DNA of 64,000 bases, taken from Deltaproteobacteria bacterium. Its GTDB lineage: Bacteria > Desulfobacterota > Desulfobacteria > Desulfobacterales > C00003060. Shown in pieces: positions 11,990-20,426 of the stretch (position 1 is its first letter; each line of letters begins with the position of its first letter). The DNA lies in assembly GCA_003647275.1 (NCBI GenBank), contig QMMN01000008.1, positions 1,675-65,674 on the forward strand. Direction: 5' to 3'. The notes beneath the pieces were generated by a model, which had not been told where the DNA came from, made no database searches, and was given only the letters and a program-made list of their open reading frames with translations. Both the position numbers and the translations under genes were made by a program.

Positions 11990-12530
11990 CTCTTGTTGAT
12001 ATAAGAATAAGTTTTTGTTAAGGAATCACCATGGTACGCATAGCAAGAAATGACCAGAGGAGGTTCTTGAAATGAGCTAAAGGTTAAAATTTCACTAACG
12101 TCCCGGATTTTTCCTCCAAAACTTATAACCTTAATCGGGTGAAAGTGCCGTTTCACATTCTGATAAAGTGCTTACCTACAAAAGCGTCTAGGACGATCAG
12201 TACGGTTTTTGTAAATCACCTATTAACGTGTTTTGGTGATTCAATTGATTGGGCTACATATTCTGTCCGTTCTTTGTTTACGGCGGATGGAAGCAGATTT
12301 TTGGCTCGATTAAGGTATAAGTTTCTTCCAGGCCACTGAGATAATGTCTGACTATGGATCGTAAAGATATCTACACGTAACTGAGACGACACCCGAAAAG
12401 TTTCGAGATACTTTTGATATCGCAACATCATTTCGGCCATTTTGAACTACTCAACTGCATCCATTGATTTTTCAAATACACTCTCACACGTCAACTCATC
12501 TATTTCGTCAATAATAGGACAGTAGCACAT

Positions 12531-13301
12531 ATGGCGAAAGATAAAGAGAAGGTTCCTCCTCCCATCTGTCTTCAATATAAAAGCGGTGACTTGATTATTA
12601 AAGAAGGCGACTACGGAATCTCAATCTATAAGATCATTGATGGCAAAGTACGGATTTCCACTCAATCTGGAAACACGGAGGTTAACTTGGCCACACTGGG
12701 GCCGGGCGAATTCATTGGTGAGATGACATTCCTGACCGGGAGCACCGAACCCCGCTCCGCCTCTGCAAGGGCCCTTGAGGATTGTGAATTGGAGGTATGG
12801 CATCCTACCAGACTCTCAAAGGAATATGAGGAGATGCCACCCATCCTCAAATACATCGCGAACCAGGCCTTGAAGCGTCTTATGCGAATGAACAAGGCCA
12901 TCGGGGAGTTGATTGCCAAAAGAGCTGAAATAAAAGGACTGGCACAAAAGGACCTCCAGGCCTCTCAGAGGCTTTTTTACCGAAAGGAGTGGGACCACGA
13001 ATGTGTTTATCGGCCTGTAGGCGGCTCGGCAAAGCTTCGTCTGTTGGGCCGGATTAAAGACATAAGCATGAGCGGAATTGGATTGGAGGTAAACGCCACG
13101 AATAGGCTCAATTTCTCTCATCAGCCAGGCGATGAATTCTTCATTAGTACCGTTCTCCCCAACCGCAAAGAACTGGACGTTACTGCAAAAATCGTATCTA
13201 TTAAAAGCGCCCGGGCCCCGGGAAGGCTTTCTATGGGCATGTCCTTTACTGACATGACAGATGAGGCCAGAAAAAGGCTGGGTTTTTTCTTAATGCCCTA
13301 A
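12531..13301 (+). CDS. cyclic-nucleotide-binding domain / PilZ domain fusion protein
   Basis: N-terminal cNMP-binding pattern (GDLIIKEGDYG...LGPGEFIGEMTFL...RSASARA). C-terminal PilZ motifs RLFYR (12969-12983) and DISMSG (13059-13076). Confidence 0.8.
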   Translation: MAKDKEKVPPPICLQYKSGDLIIKEGDYGISIYKIIDGKVRISTQSGNTEVNLATLGPGEFIGEMTFLTGSTEPRSASARALEDCELEVWHPTRLSKEYEEMPPILKYIANQALKRLMRMNKAIGELIAKRAEIKGLAQKDLQASQRLFYRKEWDHECVYRPVGGSAKLRLLGRIKDISMSGIGLEVNATNRLNFSHQPGDEFFISTVLPNRKELDVTAKIVSIKSARAPGRLSMGMSFTDMTDEARKRLGFFLMP

Positions 13302-13317
13302 CAAGGAGCTATCGACG

Positions 13318-13719
13318 ATGGCTATCGATCCTCTGGTATATGAGTATGTGGCAAATGAGGAAAACTACCCAGAAAATGCGGTCATTATTGAGGAAGGGAG
13401 CAACGCATATTGGGTTTACGTGGTTCTGGAAGGCCAGGTCAAGGTAAAGAAAAGAACGCCCAACGGGATGGTGACCGTAAATACCCTGAAAGAAGGGGCC
13501 ATTTTTGGAGAAATCGCCTTTTTTCAGGAGGGCGAAGTGACTCGAACTGCATCGGTCATAGCAGATGGCCCTGTCCAGGTAGGTATCCTGGACACCGAAC
13601 GACTGATTACTGATTGGCAAATGCTGTCTCCACAGTTAAAAGGACTTATCATGTCCCTGATAAAGAGGCTCCAGGAAGCGACCAAAAGGACAATTGCCAT
13701 GGTTGTTGAATCAACCTAA
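13318..13719 (+). CDS. stand-alone cyclic-nucleotide-binding domain protein
   Basis: 133 aa with IIEEGSNAYWVYVVLEGQV...GAIFGEIAFF...RTASV. Starts 17 nt after the preceding gene. Confidence 0.75.
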   Translation: MAIDPLVYEYVANEENYPENAVIIEEGSNAYWVYVVLEGQVKVKKRTPNGMVTVNTLKEGAIFGEIAFFQEGEVTRTASVIADGPVQVGILDTERLITDWQMLSPQLKGLIMSLIKRLQEATKRTIAMVVEST

Positions 13720-13747
13720 CGAGGCGTCTTAGGGCCAAATCTTACCG

Positions 13748-13985
13748 GGCTGTTGCCCGAATCCCTTTTCGCTTGTCTAAAACGTTTTTTGATAAATCTA
13801 AGGCTCGCTCCAGGCGATCTCGCACGTCGTGCTTCTGTTTAAGCCGTCAGGTGCAACCTTTGCGCTAAACTCACCCTTCGGGTTCAAACAGTTGAGATCG
13901 CTAATCTTCCGCTTCGCCAAGATTTATTAGCAAAAAACCTTTTAATGACCGCTCAAAGGAATTTTTGCTTGGGCAACAGCCTGTT
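13748..13985 (+). repeat. MITE-like unit: R3 core bounded by inverted GGCTGTTGCCC motifs
   Basis: GGGCTGTTGCCCGAA at 13748-13762 and its inverted copy (TTGGGCAACAGCCTGTT) at 13969-13985. They flank a core (13831-13962) shared with 43812-43935 and 61040-61168. Confidence 0.6.
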
Positions 13986-14108
13986 ACCAGACTATTGCCC
14001 AAGCATCTCTGCATTTTTTATTGCAAACAATATTATGCTCTCCTTAGTAAAAAGTCACGGCAAGAAATCGGGGACATCCATAACCGACCAGCTTCAAGTA
14101 AGACTGTT

Positions 14109-14930
14109 ATGATTGAGAAGAAGATTCATTCATTACCCATATGGTTTTTCGAAAACCTCATGGGACATCAATCAATCCGCCACTTTGTCGCGACGCGCAT
14201 AGGTGGTCACAGTCACCCGCCCTATGACGCCTTGAATCTATCATTCAATGTCGGAGATGAGCCCCAAAACGTGCTGAAGAACCGCAAACGACTTGTCGAG
14301 GCCCTTGGCATACCACTGACCAACCTGACCACTGCCAAGCAGGTTCATGACGCGCATGTCAAGATTATATCAGAACCATTGCGAGGCAAAGGCGCAACCG
14401 ATTACGAAGACGCCATCAATGGAACAGATGCCATGGTGACCCATATACCGAATATTTGCCTTATGATCCTTGTGGCCGACTGTGTGCCGATTCTATTTTA
14501 TGACCCTTCAAAGCGGGTGATCGGGGCGGCCCATGCTGGGTGGCAAGGCACGCTACAACGGGTGGCCCAAAAGACCGTGAAGGTCTTCCAGGAAGACTTT
14601 GGTTGCTCGCCCAAAGATGTGGTTGTCGGCATCGGCCCATCTATTGGACCATGTTGCTATGAAGTCGGGCAAGAGGTTGTCTCGGAGGTCGAGCACGTTT
14701 TCAGGATCAAGGCGGGCTTAATCAGAAACGAGTCTGCAGACAGCAAGAGATACTTTGATTTGTGGACAGCCAATCTAAGGCAGCTTGTCCAGGCCGGTAT
14801 CCCCGAGAACAACATAGAGGTGGCAAGGATATGCACCTGCCACCATTCCGATTTGTTCTTTTCTTACCGACAGGAGAAGGGAAAGACGGGCAGGTTCGGG
14901 GCAGGTATTGTCATTCTCGGTAATCAATAA
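14109..14930 (+). CDS. pgeF: peptidoglycan editing factor PgeF (YfiH/DUF152 laccase-like family)
   Basis: Family motifs DAMVT, ADCVPI and AAHAGWQG. ATG at 14109 is preferred because the upstream extension overlaps a repeat. Confidence 0.85.
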   Translation: MIEKKIHSLPIWFFENLMGHQSIRHFVATRIGGHSHPPYDALNLSFNVGDEPQNVLKNRKRLVEALGIPLTNLTTAKQVHDAHVKIISEPLRGKGATDYEDAINGTDAMVTHIPNICLMILVADCVPILFYDPSKRVIGAAHAGWQGTLQRVAQKTVKVFQEDFGCSPKDVVVGIGPSIGPCCYEVGQEVVSEVEHVFRIKAGLIRNESADSKRYFDLWTANLRQLVQAGIPENNIEVARICTCHHSDLFFSYRQEKGKTGRFGAGIVILGNQ

Positions 14931-14949
14931 CAGGGTTTTCTCGCCCTGA

Positions 14950-15025
14950 GTGAAGCCTCCCTGCGCTTCCGCACGGGGGTTCTGCCTGACGGCAGCGCTT
15001 CGCGTCCGGGGAACAGGCCGGTCAA
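14950..15025 (-). repeat. R1 structured intergenic repeat, copy A
   Basis: The reverse complement reads TTGACCGGCCTGTTCCCCGGACGCGAAGCGCTGCCGTCAGGCAGAACCCCCGTGCGGAAGCGCAGGGAGGCTTCAC. Confidence 0.85.
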
Positions 15026-15201
15026 TGGGGCAAGTTTAAATGACAAAATCCCAATGCCAAATCAATTCCCAGGGACCAATGCCAAAATCCTTGTTTTTGA
15101 GTCTTTTCTTTTTCTCTAAAATCAGCCTTGCTGGTTTTCGAGGATGACAGGATGGAAGTGGGTCATTGGCATTTTGAGCTTCATTTGGTATTTAATTTTT
15201 G

Positions 15202-15942
15202 TCATTTTTCCTTTCTTGAGCCATACCACTCGATCTGGCGGCATATGCCCCGGATCATCCTGACATCCCGTGCCTGCATGTCTACCCGAGAGAAAAAACG
15301 TCGCACTCGCTGCATCCAATAGTCAGAATTTTCGGGATTGATAAAGCTGATGTTGACGAAGGTCTCTTTTAGTTGTTCATACATGGCCTCAAGTTCGTGA
15401 TGGGTGGCCAGTCGGGACGTAAAGCTCTGGGTATCCTCCCGGCTTGCCAGAAAGACCTCATAGCAAAGGATCATCACGGCCTGGGCCAGGTTCAATGATG
15501 CAAACTCGGCAGTGGGGATGGTCACCACGACGTGACATAGCCTTAATTCGGCATTTGTCAGGCCCCAGTTTTCGGGCCCAAAAACAAGGGCGATACGGTT
15601 TTGCTGGGATATGGGAATGAGTTTTTCAGCCAGCTTTCGGGGGTCTGGAATGGTCGGTCGTCGTCGCCCCACGCGTGCCGTGGTCCCCACCACGTATTGA
15701 AAGGGGGCGAGGGCTGTTTCCAGGTCGTCAAAGACTTCCATTTCCTCTACAAGGTCAGCCGCAAAATGGGTGGCCATCTTGAGTATCCGGGTCAGATCGC
15801 AATTCCGGGGAGCCACCACAATGAGTTGGCTGATCCCCATATTGCAAGCTGCACGAGCGGCCGCGCCTATGTTTTCAGGCGACCCCGGTCGATGCAGTAC
15901 AATGGCAATGTTATTGAGATTTACGCGCAAAGACATGGGCAC
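15202..15942 (-). CDS. SpoU/TrmJ-family tRNA/rRNA 2'-O-methyltransferase
   Basis: IAIVLHRPGSPENIGAAARA and ALVFGPENWGLTNAEL are SPOUT class signatures. Confidence 0.8.
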   Translation of the reverse strand: MPMSLRVNLNNIAIVLHRPGSPENIGAAARAACNMGISQLIVVAPRNCDLTRILKMATHFAADLVEEMEVFDDLETALAPFQYVVGTTARVGRRRPTIPDPRKLAEKLIPISQQNRIALVFGPENWGLTNAELRLCHVVVTIPTAEFASLNLAQAVMILCYEVFLASREDTQSFTSRLATHHELEAMYEQLKETFVNISFINPENSDYWMQRVRRFFSRVDMQARDVRMIRGICRQIEWYGSRKEK

Positions 15943-16090
15943 GGCTAGTATCTGATCACTGTGTTAATTTTTTTCTCGCCCGCTCCCTTCCGGTCGCTTA
16001 GGCTTACGGAGATCACAGTGCGAATCGCTTTTTTTGGCATAATTTTTTGAGGGGTAAAATCAGGCCAAACCCTTTCGCCAAAGACGGGCC

Positions 16091-16186
16091 GTGGCATTTG
16101 TAACCTGGGGTGTGCCAACATGGATCAGCCATACAGGCATTTGGGTGAGTGAAACATGACCCGCAATAGGAGGGTGACCGTTTGAG
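16091..16186 (+). repeat. R4 repeat of about 96 nt, copy 1
   Basis: GTGGCATTTGTAACC...CATTTGGGTGAGTGAAACATGACCCGCAATAGGAGGGTGACCGTTTGAG. In my hand alignment about 75 of 96 positions match 48952-49046. Confidence 0.8.
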
Positions 16187-16372
16187 CTGGATCCCCCTTT
16201 CAAGGATTCAACTCAAAAACTCCTTGCCTCGTTAGATAATATGATAGCCTTAAACTATAAATGTATTTCCAGCTCTATAGAACCTGCAAATCAAGTTTTT
16301 GTTCTATCTAACGGGGTTCTCTGCACTCTGCGAGAGACAAAAGGACCTCGTGAACTGTTGCATCATTTTGCT

Positions 16373-16795
16373 TCATCCCCCAACCAGTTCAAAGGCATTG
16401 AAGAAGTAGCCTATCTCGAATGCCGCGGTCTCAGGGCTGTCAGAGCCGTGGACCACATTCTTTTCAATGTCCGTGGCAAACTCGCGACGAATGGTCCCCT
16501 CGGCTGCCTCCTTATAATTGGTGGCGCCCATCAGTTCACGGTTTCTGGCGATCACGTTTTCTCCCTCAAGGACCATCACCACCGAAGGCCCGGAACACAT
16601 AAAGTTCGTCAAACTCTCAAAAAAGGGACGTTCCTTATGCACAGCATAGAAACCTTCTGCCTGTTGTTTTGTCATGTGAACCATTTTCATGGCAATAATC
16701 TTAAAACCGGCCTGCTCAAATCGCCTGATCACTTCGCCAATGAGGCCCCTTGCAACACCATCCGGCTTAATAATCGACAAAGTTCTTTCCTTCAT
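16373..16795 (-). CDS. ndk: nucleoside-diphosphate kinase
   Basis: [14 protein letters not shown]...NVVHGSDS active-site His motif. 140 aa. Confidence 0.95.
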   Translation of the reverse strand: MKERTLSIIKPDGVARGLIGEVIRRFEQAGFKIIAMKMVHMTKQQAEGFYAVHKERPFFESLTNFMCSGPSVVMVLEGENVIARNRELMGATNYKEAAEGTIRREFATDIEKNVVHGSDSPETAAFEIGYFFNAFELVGG

Positions 16796-17005
16796 AGCGT
16801 TCCTTTCCGTAATTTTTTTGAAAGTACGGCAAGTCCCCTAACAAAAAGGGAAGGACAAATCAAGTAAAAGGACCATGGGATCACCGTTCCGAGAGAGAGC
16901 TTTTTTCCGTGCCCTTTCTGTGGTAAACAGGATATCAGCAGGAGATATTCGCAAAACATGTTTGGAAACTTCTTGGAACAGAGGATTTCAGGGTTGGAAA
17001 ATCGC

Positions 17006-17734
17006 ATGACAAAATGTCCCTTTTCAGCGATTTTTGGTCTCCTATGTATCATAGCAGGATCTCTATCCCTGCCTGCACTTTGTGAATCTGGTGATCCATA
17101 TGCCTCTGCACGCCAGCGCATGGTTTTGCACCAGCTTAAGGCCCGGGACATCACGGATCCCAAGGTCCTTGAGGTCATGGGCACGGTCAAGCGGCACCTT
17201 TTTGTGCCTCCCGGACATGCTTCCCAGGCATACGTGGATCACCCGATCCCTATCGGGGAAGGTCAAACCATCTCACAGCCGTACATCGTGGCCCTGATGA
17301 CGCAGATCCTCGATATACAGCCCGGGGAAAAGGTCCTTGAAATCGGTACGGGCTCAGGTTATCAGGCCGCTGTGCTCAGCCATTTCACAGATCGGGTCTG
17401 GAGCATTGAAATTCGAAAAGGACTGGCTGAAAGCGCCTCAAAGCGCCTTAAGGCCCTGGGTTATGAGAAGATCAGGGTCAAGCACGGGGATGGATACTTT
17501 GGATGGCCCGAATATGGACCATTTGACGCCATCATGGTCACAGCAGCCGCCAACCATGTCCCTCCGCCGCTTCTGGAACAACTCAAAGTGGGTGGCCGCC
17601 TCCTCCTCCCCCTGGGTAGTACGACCTATTATCAAACCCTGACTAAGATCACCAAGACCCCGAAAGGCAATGAGGTGCAACATCTACTGGGGGTAGCATT
17701 TGTGCCCATGGTGGGCAAGATTCTGGAAAAGTAA
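17006..17734 (+). CDS. pcm: protein-L-isoaspartate O-methyltransferase with N-terminal signal/anchor
   Basis: TISQPYIVA and the SAM motif [15 protein letters not shown]. There is a hydrophobic leader after the ATG at 17006. An alternative start lies at 16958. Confidence 0.85.
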   Translation: MTKCPFSAIFGLLCIIAGSLSLPALCESGDPYASARQRMVLHQLKARDITDPKVLEVMGTVKRHLFVPPGHASQAYVDHPIPIGEGQTISQPYIVALMTQILDIQPGEKVLEIGTGSGYQAAVLSHFTDRVWSIEIRKGLAESASKRLKALGYEKIRVKHGDGYFGWPEYGPFDAIMVTAAANHVPPPLLEQLKVGGRLLLPLGSTTYYQTLTKITKTPKGNEVQHLLGVAFVPMVGKILEK

Positions 17735-17818
17735 CCCCAAAATAGTGCGTCAACGGCAAGCGTAGATGGGGATTTCCTGTGTTGTTCCTTTTGTATCCAG
17801 GCATGTGGCAAGAGAACC

Positions 17819-20272
17819 TTACTCACGGGGTCTATAACGCATCATTTGGGATAACGCCACAAGGGCAAGGCTATAGGCCAGGGCGGCAAGACATAAAACC
17901 GACCTGAATCCATAGGCCAAGGCCACCACCACGGCGAACACCGAACCCACCACTGAAGCACATCCATTGACAGCCCAGGCCCACGGGATCCCCCGCTCAA
18001 AAACCAAGCTCAGGGTGCGGATACCCATAGGGAAAAACATCCCGAGCATGAATCCCAAAGGCAGGATGGCCACAAAGGCCAGCCCCGAGCGCAGCCAGAG
18101 GGGCCACCCCATAGCAACCATCAAGAGCCTGCCCAGGGCAAAGGCATAAGCCACGATCAGCACTGGGACCAGGATCAGACAGCGTGGCCTGTTTGACCGG
18201 TACTTAGAATAATAACTCCCAAGGCCAGAGGCCACCAGCACGGAAAAGAGAACCACTGAAAAGGCATACACAGGCCTTGCCAGAAACAGGATGAAGCGTT
18301 GAATCAGGCAGATTTCCACCAGCATAAATCCAAGGCCGATCAGTCCAAAGTAGGCCAGAAACCAGGACGAAGCAGGGCGGCCGGTCTTTTTTAACGGCAG
18401 GGTTATCAGAACAAGGCTGATCACAAGGGACTGAAGGAAGATGAGGTGAACCAGGTATCCTCCCTCCAGAAATAACTGCCACTTGTTACCTACTGCACGG
18501 AACAACGGAACCACTTTGTCCATTCTGAAGTTGTGATAAAAGAAGGGCCTGTTATCTGTGACAGGCCGCACGTCGAACATGTATGCTTTGTAAAAAGTGT
18601 CTCGGTCCGCAGCATTTAGGACCTTTTGAATCATGTCGTGATACAGAGGGCCTGGAAAGCGGTTGTATTGGTTCGCCTCTGCCCTGCTCATGTTCGGATA
18701 ATGGACCAGATCAAAATGAAGCCGACGGCAAAAATCCTTGATCCGCTCAATGTCACGGGATTCAAAGGGGTTCCTTTTGACCACCAGGGTAAAGGCCCCC
18801 CAGCTCCTGATGGCCCCGATATGCCTTTCAGGATGCTCGATGCCCATGGCCTCAAGGGCCGCACACGCAAGGGCGACCAGCCTGATCTCGTATCGGGGCG
18901 GTGGCAGGAGGTACCTGGTCACTGCCAGGAGCCCTTCAGGTGTGAGGGCATTGATATAGGCCTTGAAGGCCTCCACCGTAAGTGTGTAGTCCTCAGACAG
19001 GCCATAAAGTCCAGAGGAGATCGCTCCCAGGCTATCTGTCAGGGGAAGCTGGATCACATCAAAGTGTTTTGAGGTTCTGAGAAGAAAGCTTCTTGCTTGT
19101 TCCCCAACGGGTGTTACGTGAGTCTGATAAAGCTTGCCGCTGAAATCCTTGAGAACGGTCTGCATCACATGGAGCACCAGTGGATTGCCATGCGTGGTGA
19201 CGATATTTTTTGCTCCATGATAACGGGCGGTGAGGATATCCAGGCCACCCATGGGTTCCATGATCAGCACGTTGTCAGGTTCTCCAAGGGCATAGGGCAA
19301 AGATGCTGGGAGAAACGCCGTAAAGGCGATGTCATCCATATTGCCGTTGAAGCGGGTTACTGCATTCAGATGCCCGCCGTCCAGACAAAGACCCATCTGC
19401 TCGGGCAGGCTCCCCTGGAACTCAAGGCTAAGGCCAGGCGCAAAGCGGACCGCCTTGCTCTCAATCACATCAAGTCTGGCTGCCGGGTGCCATCGGGTTT
19501 CCAGGGTTCGTGCGTCAGGGTATCTGAGGGCTATATTCAGGGCCTTGTAAGGCGAAATATTGAGGGTGAGAAACTCGGGCTTTGTGATGATCAGGGTGCA
19601 TAAAACCACCATCCAGGCCCCGCGTACAAGATTGACCTTCCACCCGTTGGCGCTAAAGGCCAGGGAGGCAAAGGCGGCTGTAAGGCAAACAGCTAAAACC
19701 GCCCCTGCTGCTCCGGCAAAAGCATACATCGAAAATATGGTGACGCAGCCCAGGCCCGCGCCTACCAGGTCGCAGGCATATAACCGGTTCACAGCATCTG
19801 CCTTGCGCGTGTAAACCAGTGAAAGGCTGAGACCCGCAAAGAAGAACGGAATCGCCAGCACACCATAATAACCCAGTAGATAGACCCACTGATAGCGATC
19901 CCAGATGATCCGGGCCGGGTCAAAGGGGATTATGTTTGAGCCCCAGTAAGCGGCGAGGGTGGCCATGGAAAAAGCAAGCGCCAGCCATGCCAGGGTTGGA
20001 CGTAAGGAGAGGTTATTGATCCTTGGCACCATCATCAAAAACGTGCCGCTTGCACCGTAACCCAGGAAGGCGATGCTCACCACCATGAAGGCAAAGTGGT
20101 GCCAAAGCGCCACGGAGAACAGGCGTGTCAAGCAGACCTGGAGCATGAGGATTGATAAAGAGATCAGGCCGACGCCAGCAAAAAGGCCCACTCCCTGAGA
20201 TTGTTTTTCTTTTCCGTCCATGGCTGCTACAAACAGAACAAAGCTTAGGGAAGTCGCTGATGATGATACCAT
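17819..20272 (-). CDS. large polytopic membrane protein with central spermidine-synthase-like domain
   Basis: 817 aa. Multiple TM helices at both ends, with a soluble middle region (VLIMEPMGGLDILTARYHGAKNIV) in the position of a class I methyltransferase / aminopropyltransferase G-loop. Confidence 0.6.
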   Translation of the reverse strand: MVSSSATSLSFVLFVAAMDGKEKQSQGVGLFAGVGLISLSILMLQVCLTRLFSVALWHHFAFMVVSIAFLGYGASGTFLMMVPRINNLSLRPTLAWLALAFSMATLAAYWGSNIIPFDPARIIWDRYQWVYLLGYYGVLAIPFFFAGLSLSLVYTRKADAVNRLYACDLVGAGLGCVTIFSMYAFAGAAGAVLAVCLTAAFASLAFSANGWKVNLVRGAWMVVLCTLIITKPEFLTLNISPYKALNIALRYPDARTLETRWHPAARLDVIESKAVRFAPGLSLEFQGSLPEQMGLCLDGGHLNAVTRFNGNMDDIAFTAFLPASLPYALGEPDNVLIMEPMGGLDILTARYHGAKNIVTTHGNPLVLHVMQTVLKDFSGKLYQTHVTPVGEQARSFLLRTSKHFDVIQLPLTDSLGAISSGLYGLSEDYTLTVEAFKAYINALTPEGLLAVTRYLLPPPRYEIRLVALACAALEAMGIEHPERHIGAIRSWGAFTLVVKRNPFESRDIERIKDFCRRLHFDLVHYPNMSRAEANQYNRFPGPLYHDMIQKVLNAADRDTFYKAYMFDVRPVTDNRPFFYHNFRMDKVVPLFRAVGNKWQLFLEGGYLVHLIFLQSLVISLVLITLPLKKTGRPASSWFLAYFGLIGLGFMLVEICLIQRFILFLARPVYAFSVVLFSVLVASGLGSYYSKYRSNRPRCLILVPVLIVAYAFALGRLLMVAMGWPLWLRSGLAFVAILPLGFMLGMFFPMGIRTLSLVFERGIPWAWAVNGCASVVGSVFAVVVALAYGFRSVLCLAALAYSLALVALSQMMRYRPRE

Positions 20273-20426
20273 CCGATTTTATTCGTTTGGTAAACAAAAA
20301 TTTGAAATTCCTCTCTTTTTATGTTAAATTTATACATCAAAATTTCTTTAACTTATTGGAATTATAATTTTTTTGGTAGCAATCTATTCCTTTTACCCAC
20401 ATGGCTCTGGTTTGTAGGTTCATAAT

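Noticed and set aside
13965-14108. Upstream extension of pgeF (TTG-type start at 13965)
   Set aside because: The extension reads through the inverted R2 repeat motif and has no homology-like content. The ATG at 14109 gives a normal-length PgeF.
16241-16867. 208-aa plus-strand ORF covering ndk
   Set aside because: It is antisense to the unmistakable ndk gene, and its 5' part runs through repeat sequence.
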